A DNA stretch of 63,923 bases, counting the filler, from Salisapilia sapeloensis CBS 127946 (taxonomy: Eukaryota > Protista > Oomycota), in the NCBI GenBank assembly GCA_023334545.1. It is 10 parts of 10 records of this genome, joined end to end, with 100 filler letters (N's around TTAATTAATTAA, not from the genome) between each part and the next. Parts side by side here need not be neighbours in the genome. Positions count along the whole stretch, not along the records: positions 45,547 to 48,099 come from JAADVB010000878.1; positions 48,200 to 52,352 come from JAADVB010000687.1; positions 52,453 to 55,085 come from JAADVB010000871.1; 7 more parts are not named here. The stretch is one strand, 5' to 3'. Positions within the stretch are counted from its first letter, which is position 1, and the number at the start of each line of letters is the position of its first letter. Below, one piece after another: positions 45,591 through 55,185 of the stretch. The position numbers and the translations under genes are program-made. A model generated the notes under the pieces. It did no database searches. It was not told the origin of the DNA and was given only the letters and a program-made list of their open reading frames with translations.

Positions 45591-47696
45591 TTACGCGGCC
45601 TCGGACGCGTGGTGGACGCTCGGGTCCGGGAGCTCGGTCTCGACGTTGGACGCCGTCATGTCGTGCATGGCGCGGCGGTTGGTCAGGCTCAGCATGAACG
45701 TGAGCGCAAAGGTCGCGACAGCAACGAAGCTGAGCACGACGCCCGCGTCCATGCTGCCGCAGCGGAAGAGATCGGTGCCATGGTGCTCGGCGAAGCTGTC
45801 ATTTCGAGTCTCGCAGTCCTCCACTTGCGTCGAGTTCATGAAAATGAAGCCGGCGACGAGCAACGCGACGGCCAGCAGCGCGTCGACGCTCCGCTCGAGG
45901 ATCGAGACCGGGCGGCGGCAGATATGGAATGTTTCGACCGTGACGAGCTGGAGGAGGGCGTAGACGACGCCAGTGTATGCGGCGAGCAGCGCGTACGTTG
46001 CGGACGGACTCGTGTACTGGCCGGTGTAGTAGGGTCTGTATCCGACGGCGACAGTGATGAGCGCAGCCGAGCTGCATAGAACCTGGGTGAGCCTCGCGAC
46101 CTTGTGCAAGGCGCTGAGCCACTTTGGCTCTGCCACCCGGAGAGCTCCGTCCTCGTGCGGCTTGTCGGTGTTGGGCGTCTGCATCGGCTGGAAGCCATCG
46201 TGCTCTTCGAAGACGTTGCGCGACGCCACGCCACCCGGGAAGAAGCTGAGCGCGACGTGCACGAGCGAGATCGCCATGGTGACGAAAGCCATGGCGATGG
46301 ACACGCTCATGCTTCCGCAGCGGAAGATACCGCTGCCGTGGATGGTCTCGAACCAGTAGTTGTAGTCGTCACATGCCTGCACCGCGTCGGACGCGGCGTG
46401 CAGACTGCCTCCGATGGCGAGCATGATCACGAGAGCCAGGTCGACGGCCCGCTGCGCCCAGACCTTGGGGCCGGGCGTCTTCTGCAGGAGCTCGACCCAC
46501 AAGGCATAGTAGAGGCCTTCGACGACGGCCGAGTAGCAGGCGACGTTGGTGAGAATAGCCGGAGCGCTGCTGAGCTGGCCTGTGGTGAACTTGACGTAGC
46601 TGAGCGAGGTGAAGACGAGTCCGAGCGCGCCGCACACCGCCTGCAGGAGGCGACCGACGATGCGGACGTAGTGCAGGGCCGAGCGGTCCTTGGAGGCTCG
46701 GGCGATGGAGAGCGGCTCTTCGTCATTGGCGATGAAGCTGAGGGCGAGCGTGGCTGCCAGGAGGACGACGGAGAGGAAGGTGAAGACGACGCCGACGTTC
46801 ATATTTCCACACCGGAAGAGCTCCGTGCCGTGGTACTTGGCAAAGTTGTCGTTCCGGGTGGAGCAGTCCTCGACCTGGGCGGACGAGACGAAGACGATGC
46901 CGGCCACGAGGAGCGCCACCGCCAAGAGGCCGTCCATCGTGCGCTCCATGACAGGCACGGGGCGGGCGCTGAACTTGAGCGTCTCGACGCCAGCGACGTG
47001 CCACGCGGACAGCAGCACGGCGGAGTAGCTCATGAGGATGGCGTAGGTGGCTGCCGGACTCGTGTACTGCCCCGTGTAGTAGTGGCGATAGCCTGTCACG
47101 GTGGTCACGAGGGCCGCGGCGGAGCATCCGAACTGGAGGAGGCGGGCGGTCCGACGCGTGAAGCGGAGTGCAGGCTTCTCGAGTGCCGTCGGGTCGGTCG
47201 TTGTGACTCCCTCTTCATTTCGCGCTTGCTCATTCTCGGAAGCCTGTTGGCGACGGAAGGAAAGCAGGAGCGAAAGCACGGTAACTCCGGAGGCGACAAA
47301 GGTCAGCACGACGGAAACCGTGAGCGCTCTGCAGCGAAAGAGTCCTCCGCCGTGGTAGGTGGAGAAGGACTCGTTGATGGTGTCGCAAGTCTCGAACGCG
47401 CTGGACGTGACGTGGAGTCCTCCAGCCAAGGCGAGGGCGCCTGCGAGGAGCAGGTCCTGGGTGCGCTGGAACCAAGCCTTCGGAGCCGGGCACTTGTTCA
47501 GCGTCTCGACGAAGACGCCGTGGTAGATGCCGGACAGGAGGGCCGTGTATCCAGCGACTGTGGTGAGGATGGCTGCCGCGCTACTGAGCTGGCCCGAGGT
47601 GAGCTTGACGTACCCGAGCGAGGTGAGGATCATGGCGGCTAGGCCGCAGGCCGCTTGGATGAGCCGAGCGGAGGCTGCGAGCGAGCAATTCGGCAT
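45591..47696 (-). CDS. Polytopic membrane protein made of four tandem MARVEL/CASP-like four-helix units
   Basis: Four units each start R-L-x-Q-x-x-C, contain GQ[LY][ST]S, and have a C...HG..[LI]FRC loop. Single exon, strongly GC3-biased. Start set at ATG 47696. Confidence 0.75.
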   Translation of the reverse strand: MPNCSLAASARLIQAACGLAAMILTSLGYVKLTSGQLSSAAAILTTVAGYTALLSGIYHGVFVETLNKCPAPKAWFQRTQDLLLAGALALAGGLHVTSSAFETCDTINESFSTYHGGGLFRCRALTVSVVLTFVASGVTVLSLLLSFRRQQASENEQARNEEGVTTTDPTALEKPALRFTRRTARLLQFGCSAAALVTTVTGYRHYYTGQYTSPAATYAILMSYSAVLLSAWHVAGVETLKFSARPVPVMERTMDGLLAVALLVAGIVFVSSAQVEDCSTRNDNFAKYHGTELFRCGNMNVGVVFTFLSVVLLAATLALSFIANDEEPLSIARASKDRSALHYVRIVGRLLQAVCGALGLVFTSLSYVKFTTGQLSSAPAILTNVACYSAVVEGLYYALWVELLQKTPGPKVWAQRAVDLALVIMLAIGGSLHAASDAVQACDDYNYWFETIHGSGIFRCGSMSVSIAMAFVTMAISLVHVALSFFPGGVASRNVFEEHDGFQPMQTPNTDKPHEDGALRVAEPKWLSALHKVARLTQVLCSSAALITVAVGYRPYYTGQYTSPSATYALLAAYTGVVYALLQLVTVETFHICRRPVSILERSVDALLAVALLVAGFIFMNSTQVEDCETRNDSFAEHHGTDLFRCGSMDAGVVLSFVAVATFALTFMLSLTNRRAMHDMTASNVETELPDPSVHHASEAA

Positions 47697-48199
47697 GGTG
47701 ATCTTCGGATCGGTTGTGGGAGTTCCTGACGGACGCCTGTCGTTGCGGAGACAAGTCGAGCTATGAAATGGAAGGATGAAGGACGGAGGTAGCAAGTCGG
47801 CGCGATTGCTATCGAAAGATAGGGAGCAGAGGGTGGCTGGGTATCAGTCTGGAACCTTCGCTGGCACGCTTCGGGGATGTGTATCCGATGGGCCAGCGAC
47901 CGGCACGTGCTTTGGCTCCACTCAGAGTCGGGTTTGGGTGGTAACGGTCACTTGAGTGCAGCAAATGCCTTCGACCGGGAGATGTGGCGCAAGTAAAAAA
48001 ACGGGCAGTGGTCAAAGTCTCAAGTGCAACTCTGATTTTTGAGCCCATGGCACGTGCCTCGGGCGCGTGCCGCTGCTGCATGCCTCATCAGAATCGCTGN
48101 NNNNNNNNNNNNNNNNNNNNNNNNNNNNNNNNNNNNNNNNNNNTTAATTAATTAANNNNNNNNNNNNNNNNNNNNNNNNNNNNNNNNNNNNNNNNNNNN

Positions 48200-48340
48200 G
48201 TGAATGGCAGGCAGAACCGGCGTGAACATCGTATCACGTGTCTGGAAGCTGTGTTGTGTACCTCTTGGATCTATTTTCGTCCAGGTTTCCACTCATCTAT
48301 CCATCTTAAGTTTCCAAAAGATACGTGAGGATGCTTGTAG
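48200..48340. repeat. Left arm of a 141-bp exact terminal inverted repeat of contig 48200-52352
   Basis: Exact reverse complement of 52212-52352. Confidence 0.97.
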
Positions 48341-48436
48341 GATCCGTGCTTGAATAGCGAATGATGTAAAGGATAAGATATCATGCTGGTTGCAGGTGGA
48401 AACATAATGAATGGAAAGCAACGAAGACAAGTTAAT

Positions 48437-48596
48437 TTAGGTTGTGCTCGCGCATAGTATCAATTCGACATAATTGAGGATTTAGATCTTGTCGCTCTAT
48501 CAACGATAATCGAATCGGGCAATTCCGCATTCGTTGAGAATCGCCGATTTTGCTGTGCCGCTTACCATTGGAAACCTAACGAAACGCTTCAATATA
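48437..48596 (+). repeat. Dispersed non-coding repeat of about 160 bp, copy 2
   Basis: Diverged copy of 45161-45320, on a different contig. Confidence 0.85.
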
Positions 48597-48985
48597 ACTT
48601 TCCGCCAAATTAGGAGTGCAAAAGTAAGTGTTTGGTGTCCGCAACAGAAATGCCGCTTTATGTTGTTAGTACATCTCACCTCTCGTGCTCTATCTAACGT
48701 TAAAATTGAGGTTTCCGTTGCCATGCTCGCTGTAGTGTGATCCATGTGAGATTTGCAACAGTTAAGCGAGTCTTTTTCGGGACAAATTATGTCTAAATCG
48801 GGGTACCCTTGAACACATCCTTTTTGGTCGATTAGGAAAAGGGCGATTATTGAGGCATAATACCGATTCGTGTTTTTCGTGTTTGTTCAATTAATGCCTA
48901 TTATTCCTCGCATGATCTCCGATTATCTGCCCAACGAACATGGCCTTAATGTTTCAAATCGTGCATGTCAACGTGCAAAGAAAGA

Positions 48986-50980
48986 TTAGTTCTTGGCTTG
49001 GTACATGGCATCAATCTCCTTCTGGAAGAAGGCTTTTAGCTGTGGACGCTTCAATTTGAACGTTGGGGTGATCAGGTCCTGTTCCAACGTGAACAAGTCC
49101 GAATGGAAGTGCACTTCCTTGGCCACTTCAAATCCACGCAGCTCGGCCTCCTTGCCCAGTCGCTTCATATCGTTTAGCACGACCTTTTTGAAGTCCTCAT
49201 TTTGGATCAACTGCTTAACGCTTCGTTGTGCTGGTGGTAAACCCTGCTGCTGTGCCCACGCTTCTGCGACCTCCGGGTCCGGCACAACGATTCCAACGAG
49301 GAAGCTCTGGAAAGAGTCACCGTAGATGAACAGCTGAGCAATGTACTGACTCTTCTGGTACACGCCTTCGATCTTCTCCGCAGCCACGTACTCTCCTTGG
49401 GATAGCTTGAAGATGTTTTTGCGACGATCGATGATGGATAACGTTCCATTTGCATTCCAGCAAGCGATATCACCCGTTCGGATCCATCCATCTCCACACG
49501 TCACCTCCTTGGTCTTGTCCGGTTCCTTGTAGTATCCATTGAACACGTACGGAGCTCGGCACAAGAGTTCACCACGTGGACGTGGGCGATCCGTCACAAG
49601 GTAGTTCATCTCCGGAACGCTCTCGAGACGCAATTCCATACCGGCAAGGGGAGGTCCCAAGTGGTCTCCAAACGGCATCGAAGGCATCGGGCAGACGCAA
49701 GCGGCGCAGTTCTCACTCATACCGTAGCCTTCGAGAATCGAGCCGCCAAAGACGACTTGCAAGAACTCTTTTACTTCCAGACTAAGAGGAGCGGAGCCGG
49801 AGATGATGAGACGGACACGACCGCCGAGAGTCTGGCGGAGCTTGGAGAAGACAAGTGCGTCCCAGAACGCATGGTCCTTGTATCCGTCGACCAGCCCCGC
49901 TTTCTTGGACGCCATAGCACGGTCGAAAAGAGCCTTCTTCAGTCCACCAGCAGCATTCACGCCTTGCATCATCTTGTCATAGACACGATTGAACAATCGC
50001 GGGACGGAGATGAAGATGGTGGGCTTCAAGACTTGCATGTCGTCCATCAACGTCATCGTGTCACCGCCGAAGAAACCGATGCTGCCACTAATACGAACCA
50101 AGCTGTTCAACGTCAAGCGCTCAAAGACGTGAGGGAGAGGCAGGTAGGACATGTGGACTTCATCCGGTTCCGTGACGATGCGCTCGACGACGGCAACGGC
50201 CGATGTCGTCATGTTCCGGTGCGTCAAGACTACTCCCTTTGGGTTTCCAGTCGTACCAGACGTGTAGCAGACTGTCGCAATGTCGTCTGGAGTTGGTGGA
50301 TTTGGTGCCGTCGGATGGTAGCGGCCTTCATCTTCCACTTCCCGAAGTGTCAGCAGCCTCAGACCCTTGGCCTCGACCGCCCGACGTTGCTCGACGGAGG
50401 CGTCTTCGAATTGGACGATCGTCTGGAGGGTAGGACATTCATCCACGCATTGCAAGACCGTGTGCAGGTTCTCAGCTGCACACAAGAGCACACGCATTTC
50501 CGTGTGGTTGACAATGTACGGGATGGCATCCGGTCCGAGCGTGTCGTAGAGTGGTACGAGCGTGTACGTCATTCGGTCACAAGCGTGCATGGTCAGACAC
50601 CATTCTAGACGGTTTTTCGCGATGACACCAACCATGTTGGTGCGTTGCAATCCACATGTCCGCTCCATTCCGGACGCAAGGGCGTCGACTCGAGATTTCA
50701 CTTGGCCATATGTGATCCACTCGTACTCGCCCAATGTGCCATCCGGAAGTTGCTTGCGAGTTCCGTACATGGCTTTGGCTCCCTTGGAAAGGGAAACGCC
50801 ATGGAGGAAGTTCTCGTACAAGGTCATATCTTCATCGGCAACTTCCAGGTCGCGATATTTGAAGATCGGACTACGATTGGGCTCTTCGGAGCCTTCGACA
50901 GTCTCTGCGTAGCGCACACCAGTGTAAGTGTCTACGTCCAATTGGGATAGAGGAATCTCAGAGCTTGCGGCGGCACCCAT
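48986..50980 (-). CDS. Long-chain fatty acyl-CoA synthetase (ACSL/LACS family), single exon
   Basis: AMP-binding motif CYTSGTTGNPKGV, plus YLPLPHVFE, EGYGMSE, GWIRTGDI, IIDRRKNIFKLSQGEYVA and TPTFKLKR. The first in-frame ATG is 50980. Confidence 0.95.
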   Translation of the reverse strand: MGAAASSEIPLSQLDVDTYTGVRYAETVEGSEEPNRSPIFKYRDLEVADEDMTLYENFLHGVSLSKGAKAMYGTRKQLPDGTLGEYEWITYGQVKSRVDALASGMERTCGLQRTNMVGVIAKNRLEWCLTMHACDRMTYTLVPLYDTLGPDAIPYIVNHTEMRVLLCAAENLHTVLQCVDECPTLQTIVQFEDASVEQRRAVEAKGLRLLTLREVEDEGRYHPTAPNPPTPDDIATVCYTSGTTGNPKGVVLTHRNMTTSAVAVVERIVTEPDEVHMSYLPLPHVFERLTLNSLVRISGSIGFFGGDTMTLMDDMQVLKPTIFISVPRLFNRVYDKMMQGVNAAGGLKKALFDRAMASKKAGLVDGYKDHAFWDALVFSKLRQTLGGRVRLIISGSAPLSLEVKEFLQVVFGGSILEGYGMSENCAACVCPMPSMPFGDHLGPPLAGMELRLESVPEMNYLVTDRPRPRGELLCRAPYVFNGYYKEPDKTKEVTCGDGWIRTGDIACWNANGTLSIIDRRKNIFKLSQGEYVAAEKIEGVYQKSQYIAQLFIYGDSFQSFLVGIVVPDPEVAEAWAQQQGLPPAQRSVKQLIQNEDFKKVVLNDMKRLGKEAELRGFEVAKEVHFHSDLFTLEQDLITPTFKLKRPQLKAFFQKEIDAMYQAKN

Positions 50981-52211
50981 CTTGGCAAGGACAGAGGGGG
51001 TAGCAAAATGAGCTCTCGGCGACTCCACGTTGTTTCGTTTACGTGATCGTTTTACATAAATAGATTGATTCGACGCAGTAATCCAGTGTCGAATGGAATG
51101 GATTCAATGGGACAATTATAGGGTTTTACTCCAATAAAAGACAAGTTCAAATTGAAGTTTGGATCGGCAAATTAGAAGATGGGCAGCGAGAAAGTGCTCT
51201 GTATTGACATTAAAGATCGGGAAGCAGTCAATAAGCAAGGTATATAGTAGGTCTGGTTGCATGCATGCTCCGCAGATGTATTGTATAAAGATGTCTAGAT
51301 GGTTTTAAAGATGTCACGAGGACTGTCCCACGGTTGCCTATTCGATCTAGGTACCCACATTTAATTCACAGAACCCAGGACTTGATTTGCAGCTTAATTG
51401 TCAGCAAGTAGTTCCTGCGAAATACTCTGTTGTATTGTCACGACATTAAACTATGAAAAGTCAAGAAGCCATTAACTGGAGCCAAAACTGCAATTGCATG
51501 TATTTGAGAAGCCAAGTGGGTACCTGAGATACCAGGTGGAGAGAGTATTCGAAATAAACCATTGTTGCACTTTTAGAACTGAAATACTATATTTGCTTAG
51601 TTTAACTGGCAAAGTGAGCTGAGCAAGTAAAAGAGGGTGCGATATTCAATCTGGTGGCCCGGTTATACGTAGTGGTAGCTCACTACAACACTATCCAACT
51701 GTCTGGATTGTCGTTTGTCTACATGTCATCAAGAGTTATATACCAAACTTTTGCTACGCAAACAATGATCTCAGCAACACGACCAATTACTGCCTGACGA
51801 ACCCAGGTTACGCTACTTTCTGCCTCAACATCAGGCTGCATTGGACCAACCTTTATTGAAAAGATCGGTCACTTTAGGTACGGTAGCTTCGCTCAGCGAC
51901 TAAAAGGCACATGGATACACTGGGCAAAATTATTTCAATTAATGCAGAAAACTGAGCGTACTGTGGTCCATACGTGTAGCAAAACCTTCAAGGTAGTGAT
52001 GCTAAAGGCTACTGTGTCAAAGCCAGGCATTGTTACAGAAGTAAACGTAACAGAAGTATATAGCAAGGGTTACTATAGCACTCACGTGACAATCAACAGC
52101 AAATGCGAATCTGTACCTACTACACAACATAGCAAACAACCGTTACACATCAAGCTTGCCCAAAAAGCCAAAAAAATTCTTGCTATTGATAAAACACGTA
52201 TATCGCAGGCA

Positions 52212-52352
52212 CTACAAGCATCCTCACGTATCTTTTGGAAACTTAAGATGGATAGATGAGTGGAAACCTGGACGAAAATAGATCCAAGAGGTACACAACA
52301 CAGCTTCCAGACACGTGATACGATGTTCACGCCGGTTCTGCCTGCCATTCAC
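52212..52352. repeat. Right arm of the 141-bp terminal inverted repeat of contig 48200-52352
   Basis: Reverse complement of 48200-48340. Confidence 0.97.
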
Positions 52353-52958
52353 NNNNNNNNNNNNNNNNNNNNNNNNNNNNNNNNNNNNNNNNNNNNTTAA
52401 TTAATTAANNNNNNNNNNNNNNNNNNNNNNNNNNNNNNNNNNNNNNNNNNNNGAAATACATCTTACATGCCTGTCGCGTGTTGTCTGTTCCGTTCGTTTC
52501 TAGGTTGTACTTAGGTATTTAGCTAGATTGCACCGTCAGGCTGTTACTGGCCGACTCGCGACTCGTGCCTGCGAGCGTATCCGACGCTGCCAAGAGATCG
52601 TGGAGGTGTGGTAACTTACTGTTTCTAGCTCGACCGGACAAACTAGGCTCGACGTATGTCTAGGTAGATAACTAGAGATAGCTACACGCTCTTGCAGCCT
52701 TGCCCTAGTCACCCATGTCAGGAGCTCTTGACAGCCAGAGGCCACGCGAAGAGCTACCGCTAGAACCCATCGACGTTGGGCACACCATGCACATGAAATC
52801 TCTTAGAAACCCCCTCCACGCCCTCGCAGCACGACCGAAGGGAAGAGCACGGACGCGACAGCTTCAAGGTCGCCCTCTCCATGCGACCAATAAAGCGGGT
52901 CGACAGCCGATTTTGGCGCCAAAAGTGACAACAAGTCGTGACAAGAAAAACGAAAACC

Positions 52959-54448
52959 ATGTCGACGGTACCACAGGCCACGGAGCAGAGGTGTGGTATT
53001 CTTTCCGGCAACTTTCTGGGTCTTTACATTATTTACAAGTGATCTTTCGGTATGAAGCAGCGCGGCGGCGGACGCAGCGCTCGAGACTTCCCACCAGTCC
53101 TTCCAGGCGCTGAGAATCACGCGCGAGCAGGACGACAGCGAGTCGCTGCAATCGTGTTTGGTACGTACAAATGACGCATCCCTTGTAGTCGACGGCAATG
53201 CTCGGTAGGACTGACGATGCGATAGAGCCGACTGCTGGAACTGCACCCTGCGTGGCTGGAGCAAGAACACGACAAGCAGCTCCACGAGAAAGTCGTCGGC
53301 ATCGGGTCGACGGAAGAGCTGTCGACCCGACTGGGGACGCATAGTGGCGTAGCGGACCGGGTCGGCGCGTTGGAAGAGAGGTGCCGGCAGCTGATGGATG
53401 CGAGGCGGCAGCGCACGGAGCAGGTGGGTCGCGCGGCCGAGGAGCTGGACCAAGGTTCGTTCCTCGTTTTTCTTCACGGCTTCTTCAGTGCTGACTTCTC
53501 CTCGCTTCTGTATTCTTTGAATGACTCGCCATCTGGTCAGCTAGGAAGGGTCTGAGGGAGGACGAGCGTCTGCGTCCGGACGTCGATCGGGAGATTGAGC
53601 GCGTGGCGAAAGAGTGGGAGCTGCTGGAGAAGCGGAACAGCAAGCGTCGGTCGGCGCTGCAGGCCGAGAGCGGCGATCGGACGAGTACGCTGGAGGAGTG
53701 CCAGCGGCTTCTGGACAAAGAGACGCGGCTCATCCAGTCCACGCAGGACGAGCAGCGGCAGCTCGAGGTGCGTTCGTTGCATACGTCGGTTCGAGTGTGC
53801 GGCGCGGTGTCTGAATGCAACGGTTTCTGTAGAACGACAAGGTGGACGCGATCGCCCAGGTGAACCAGCACAGTGCGCGGTCGGAGGAACTGGAGAAGAA
53901 GGTAGTATACGTGTAAAGATCGGTAGATGGACACAGAGGTCGCTCACTCGCATCTTGTACGTAGAGAGACCACGCGAGCCGCGCCCCGGACGCGAAGAAG
54001 TGGGAGCAAGAGTCCTTGACGCTGCAGCACATGGAGCACTGGTACCGTCGCATCGTCTACATGTTCGATCTATGGTGCGTCGGATGCTGATATCGGGCCT
54101 GTAGGTACACGGAAGTGAATCGTCTGCTGTCCAGCACGTGCGAGTGCGCCATTTCGAGCGTCACGGACGAGTACGTGGAGGTGTGCGTCAACGGCAGCCA
54201 CTCGCTCCGCCTGTTCTTCGACCGCGACAGCGTGCAGCTCCAAGCCGTTGAGGTGGGTCTTTCATGCTCCGTACGAATGCTTGGTGTTCGCCATACTGAT
54301 TCGTTTCGTGGCGACGTAGGCTCTCCAGAAGAGCGTTCGAGTCGACGACCTGGTGTCCGCCGCACTGCAGGACAACGACGTGCTGCACCTCGTCACAAGC
54401 TACAGGGCACGTGTCTTCGACTCGCTCGCAACCCACTCATCTGCGTAA
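52959..54448 (+). CDS. Intron-rich coiled-coil protein with a compact C-terminal domain (about 7-8 exons)
   Basis: The exons chain by GT-AG introns: MSTVPQATEQ / SAAADAALE / RLLELHPAWLEQ / EWELLEKRNS / ... / YTEVNRLL...LRLFFDRDSVQLQAVE / VDDLVSAALQDNDVLHLV*. Splice model read by eye. Confidence 0.6.
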
Positions 54449-54485
54449 TAAGCTTAAGCTCGTGTATTCTTTCCCTCCTTATCAA

Positions 54486-54505
54486 CTCTCTCTCTCTCTC
54501 TCTCT
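54486..54505. repeat. (CT)n microsatellite, about 10 units, between convergent genes
   Basis: Read directly. Confidence 0.85.
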
Positions 54506-54592
54506 TGCCCATACACGGCACTACTACACCCACGGACCTTTTCATCTCGTCGACAGCGCCCCACGCACCGTAGCCACCTCCCTGCCGGCCCA

Positions 54593-55085
54593 TCATTCAC
54601 TCGCCTCCGCACCCGCCTCGCCATTCCGGTTGGACAGCACACCCTCGATCTCCTCGGCAGACACCCCCGCAGCCGCCAGCTTGCGCCGAGACAACAGGCG
54701 CTCTGTCTCCAGCCTCAGACGCTTCGTTTCCACTTCGTACTGCAGCTTCTTGTACTCCAGCCGGTGCCGCGCCTTCTCCATCCGAAGACGCTTCCGATCC
54801 CGACTCTCGTCCTCCTCGCTGCTCTGTGAGCCGCCACGCAGAGGAGACTGTGGTGGCAGCTCCGCACGCCACGGCACCGAACGACTGCCCTCACGACCGT
54901 CCAGCAGGTACGACCCGCCTGAATACCGGTGATTGCCCTGCCACGACCGAGAGCCGTTCGACGCAGCGTACACTGGCCGTCGCTCAGGCGAATACTCCTG
55001 TCTCGTTCCACTCAGCGGCATCGATCTTGTCTCTGTCGACTCACGTTCTAAATCGGACACTCGAGATGGCTGTCTCGGATCTTCA
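54593..55085 (-). CDS. 5'-truncated protein whose C-terminal coiled coil resembles trihelix/Myb-SANT-like factor tails
   Basis: The frame is open from the spacer and ends RLRMEKARHRLEYKKLQYEVETKRLRLETERLL...GVSAEEIEGVL. The DNA-binding domain is not in view. Confidence 0.5.
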
Positions 55086-55185
55086 NNNNNNNNNNNNNNN
55101 NNNNNNNNNNNNNNNNNNNNNNNNNNNNNTTAATTAATTAANNNNNNNNNNNNNNNNNNNNNNNNNNNNNNNNNNNNNNNNNNNN

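Noticed and set aside
46104-47642. 512-aa plus-strand ORF antisense to the MARVEL-like gene
   Set aside because: It is a shadow ORF. Strong G/C third-position bias removes stops on the opposite strand, and the translation has no recognisable features.
48500-48745. 81-aa ORF overlapping the dispersed repeat as a conserved small protein
   Set aside because: Differences from the second copy change amino acids at several codons (M/L, V/A, T/K, A/T, C/R), as expected for non-coding drift.
51942-52348. Short ORFs 51942-52259 (+) and 52082-52348 (-) as genes or transposase remnants
   Set aside because: No recognisable motifs; they overlap each other and the inverted-repeat arm. Remote homology cannot be excluded without a search.
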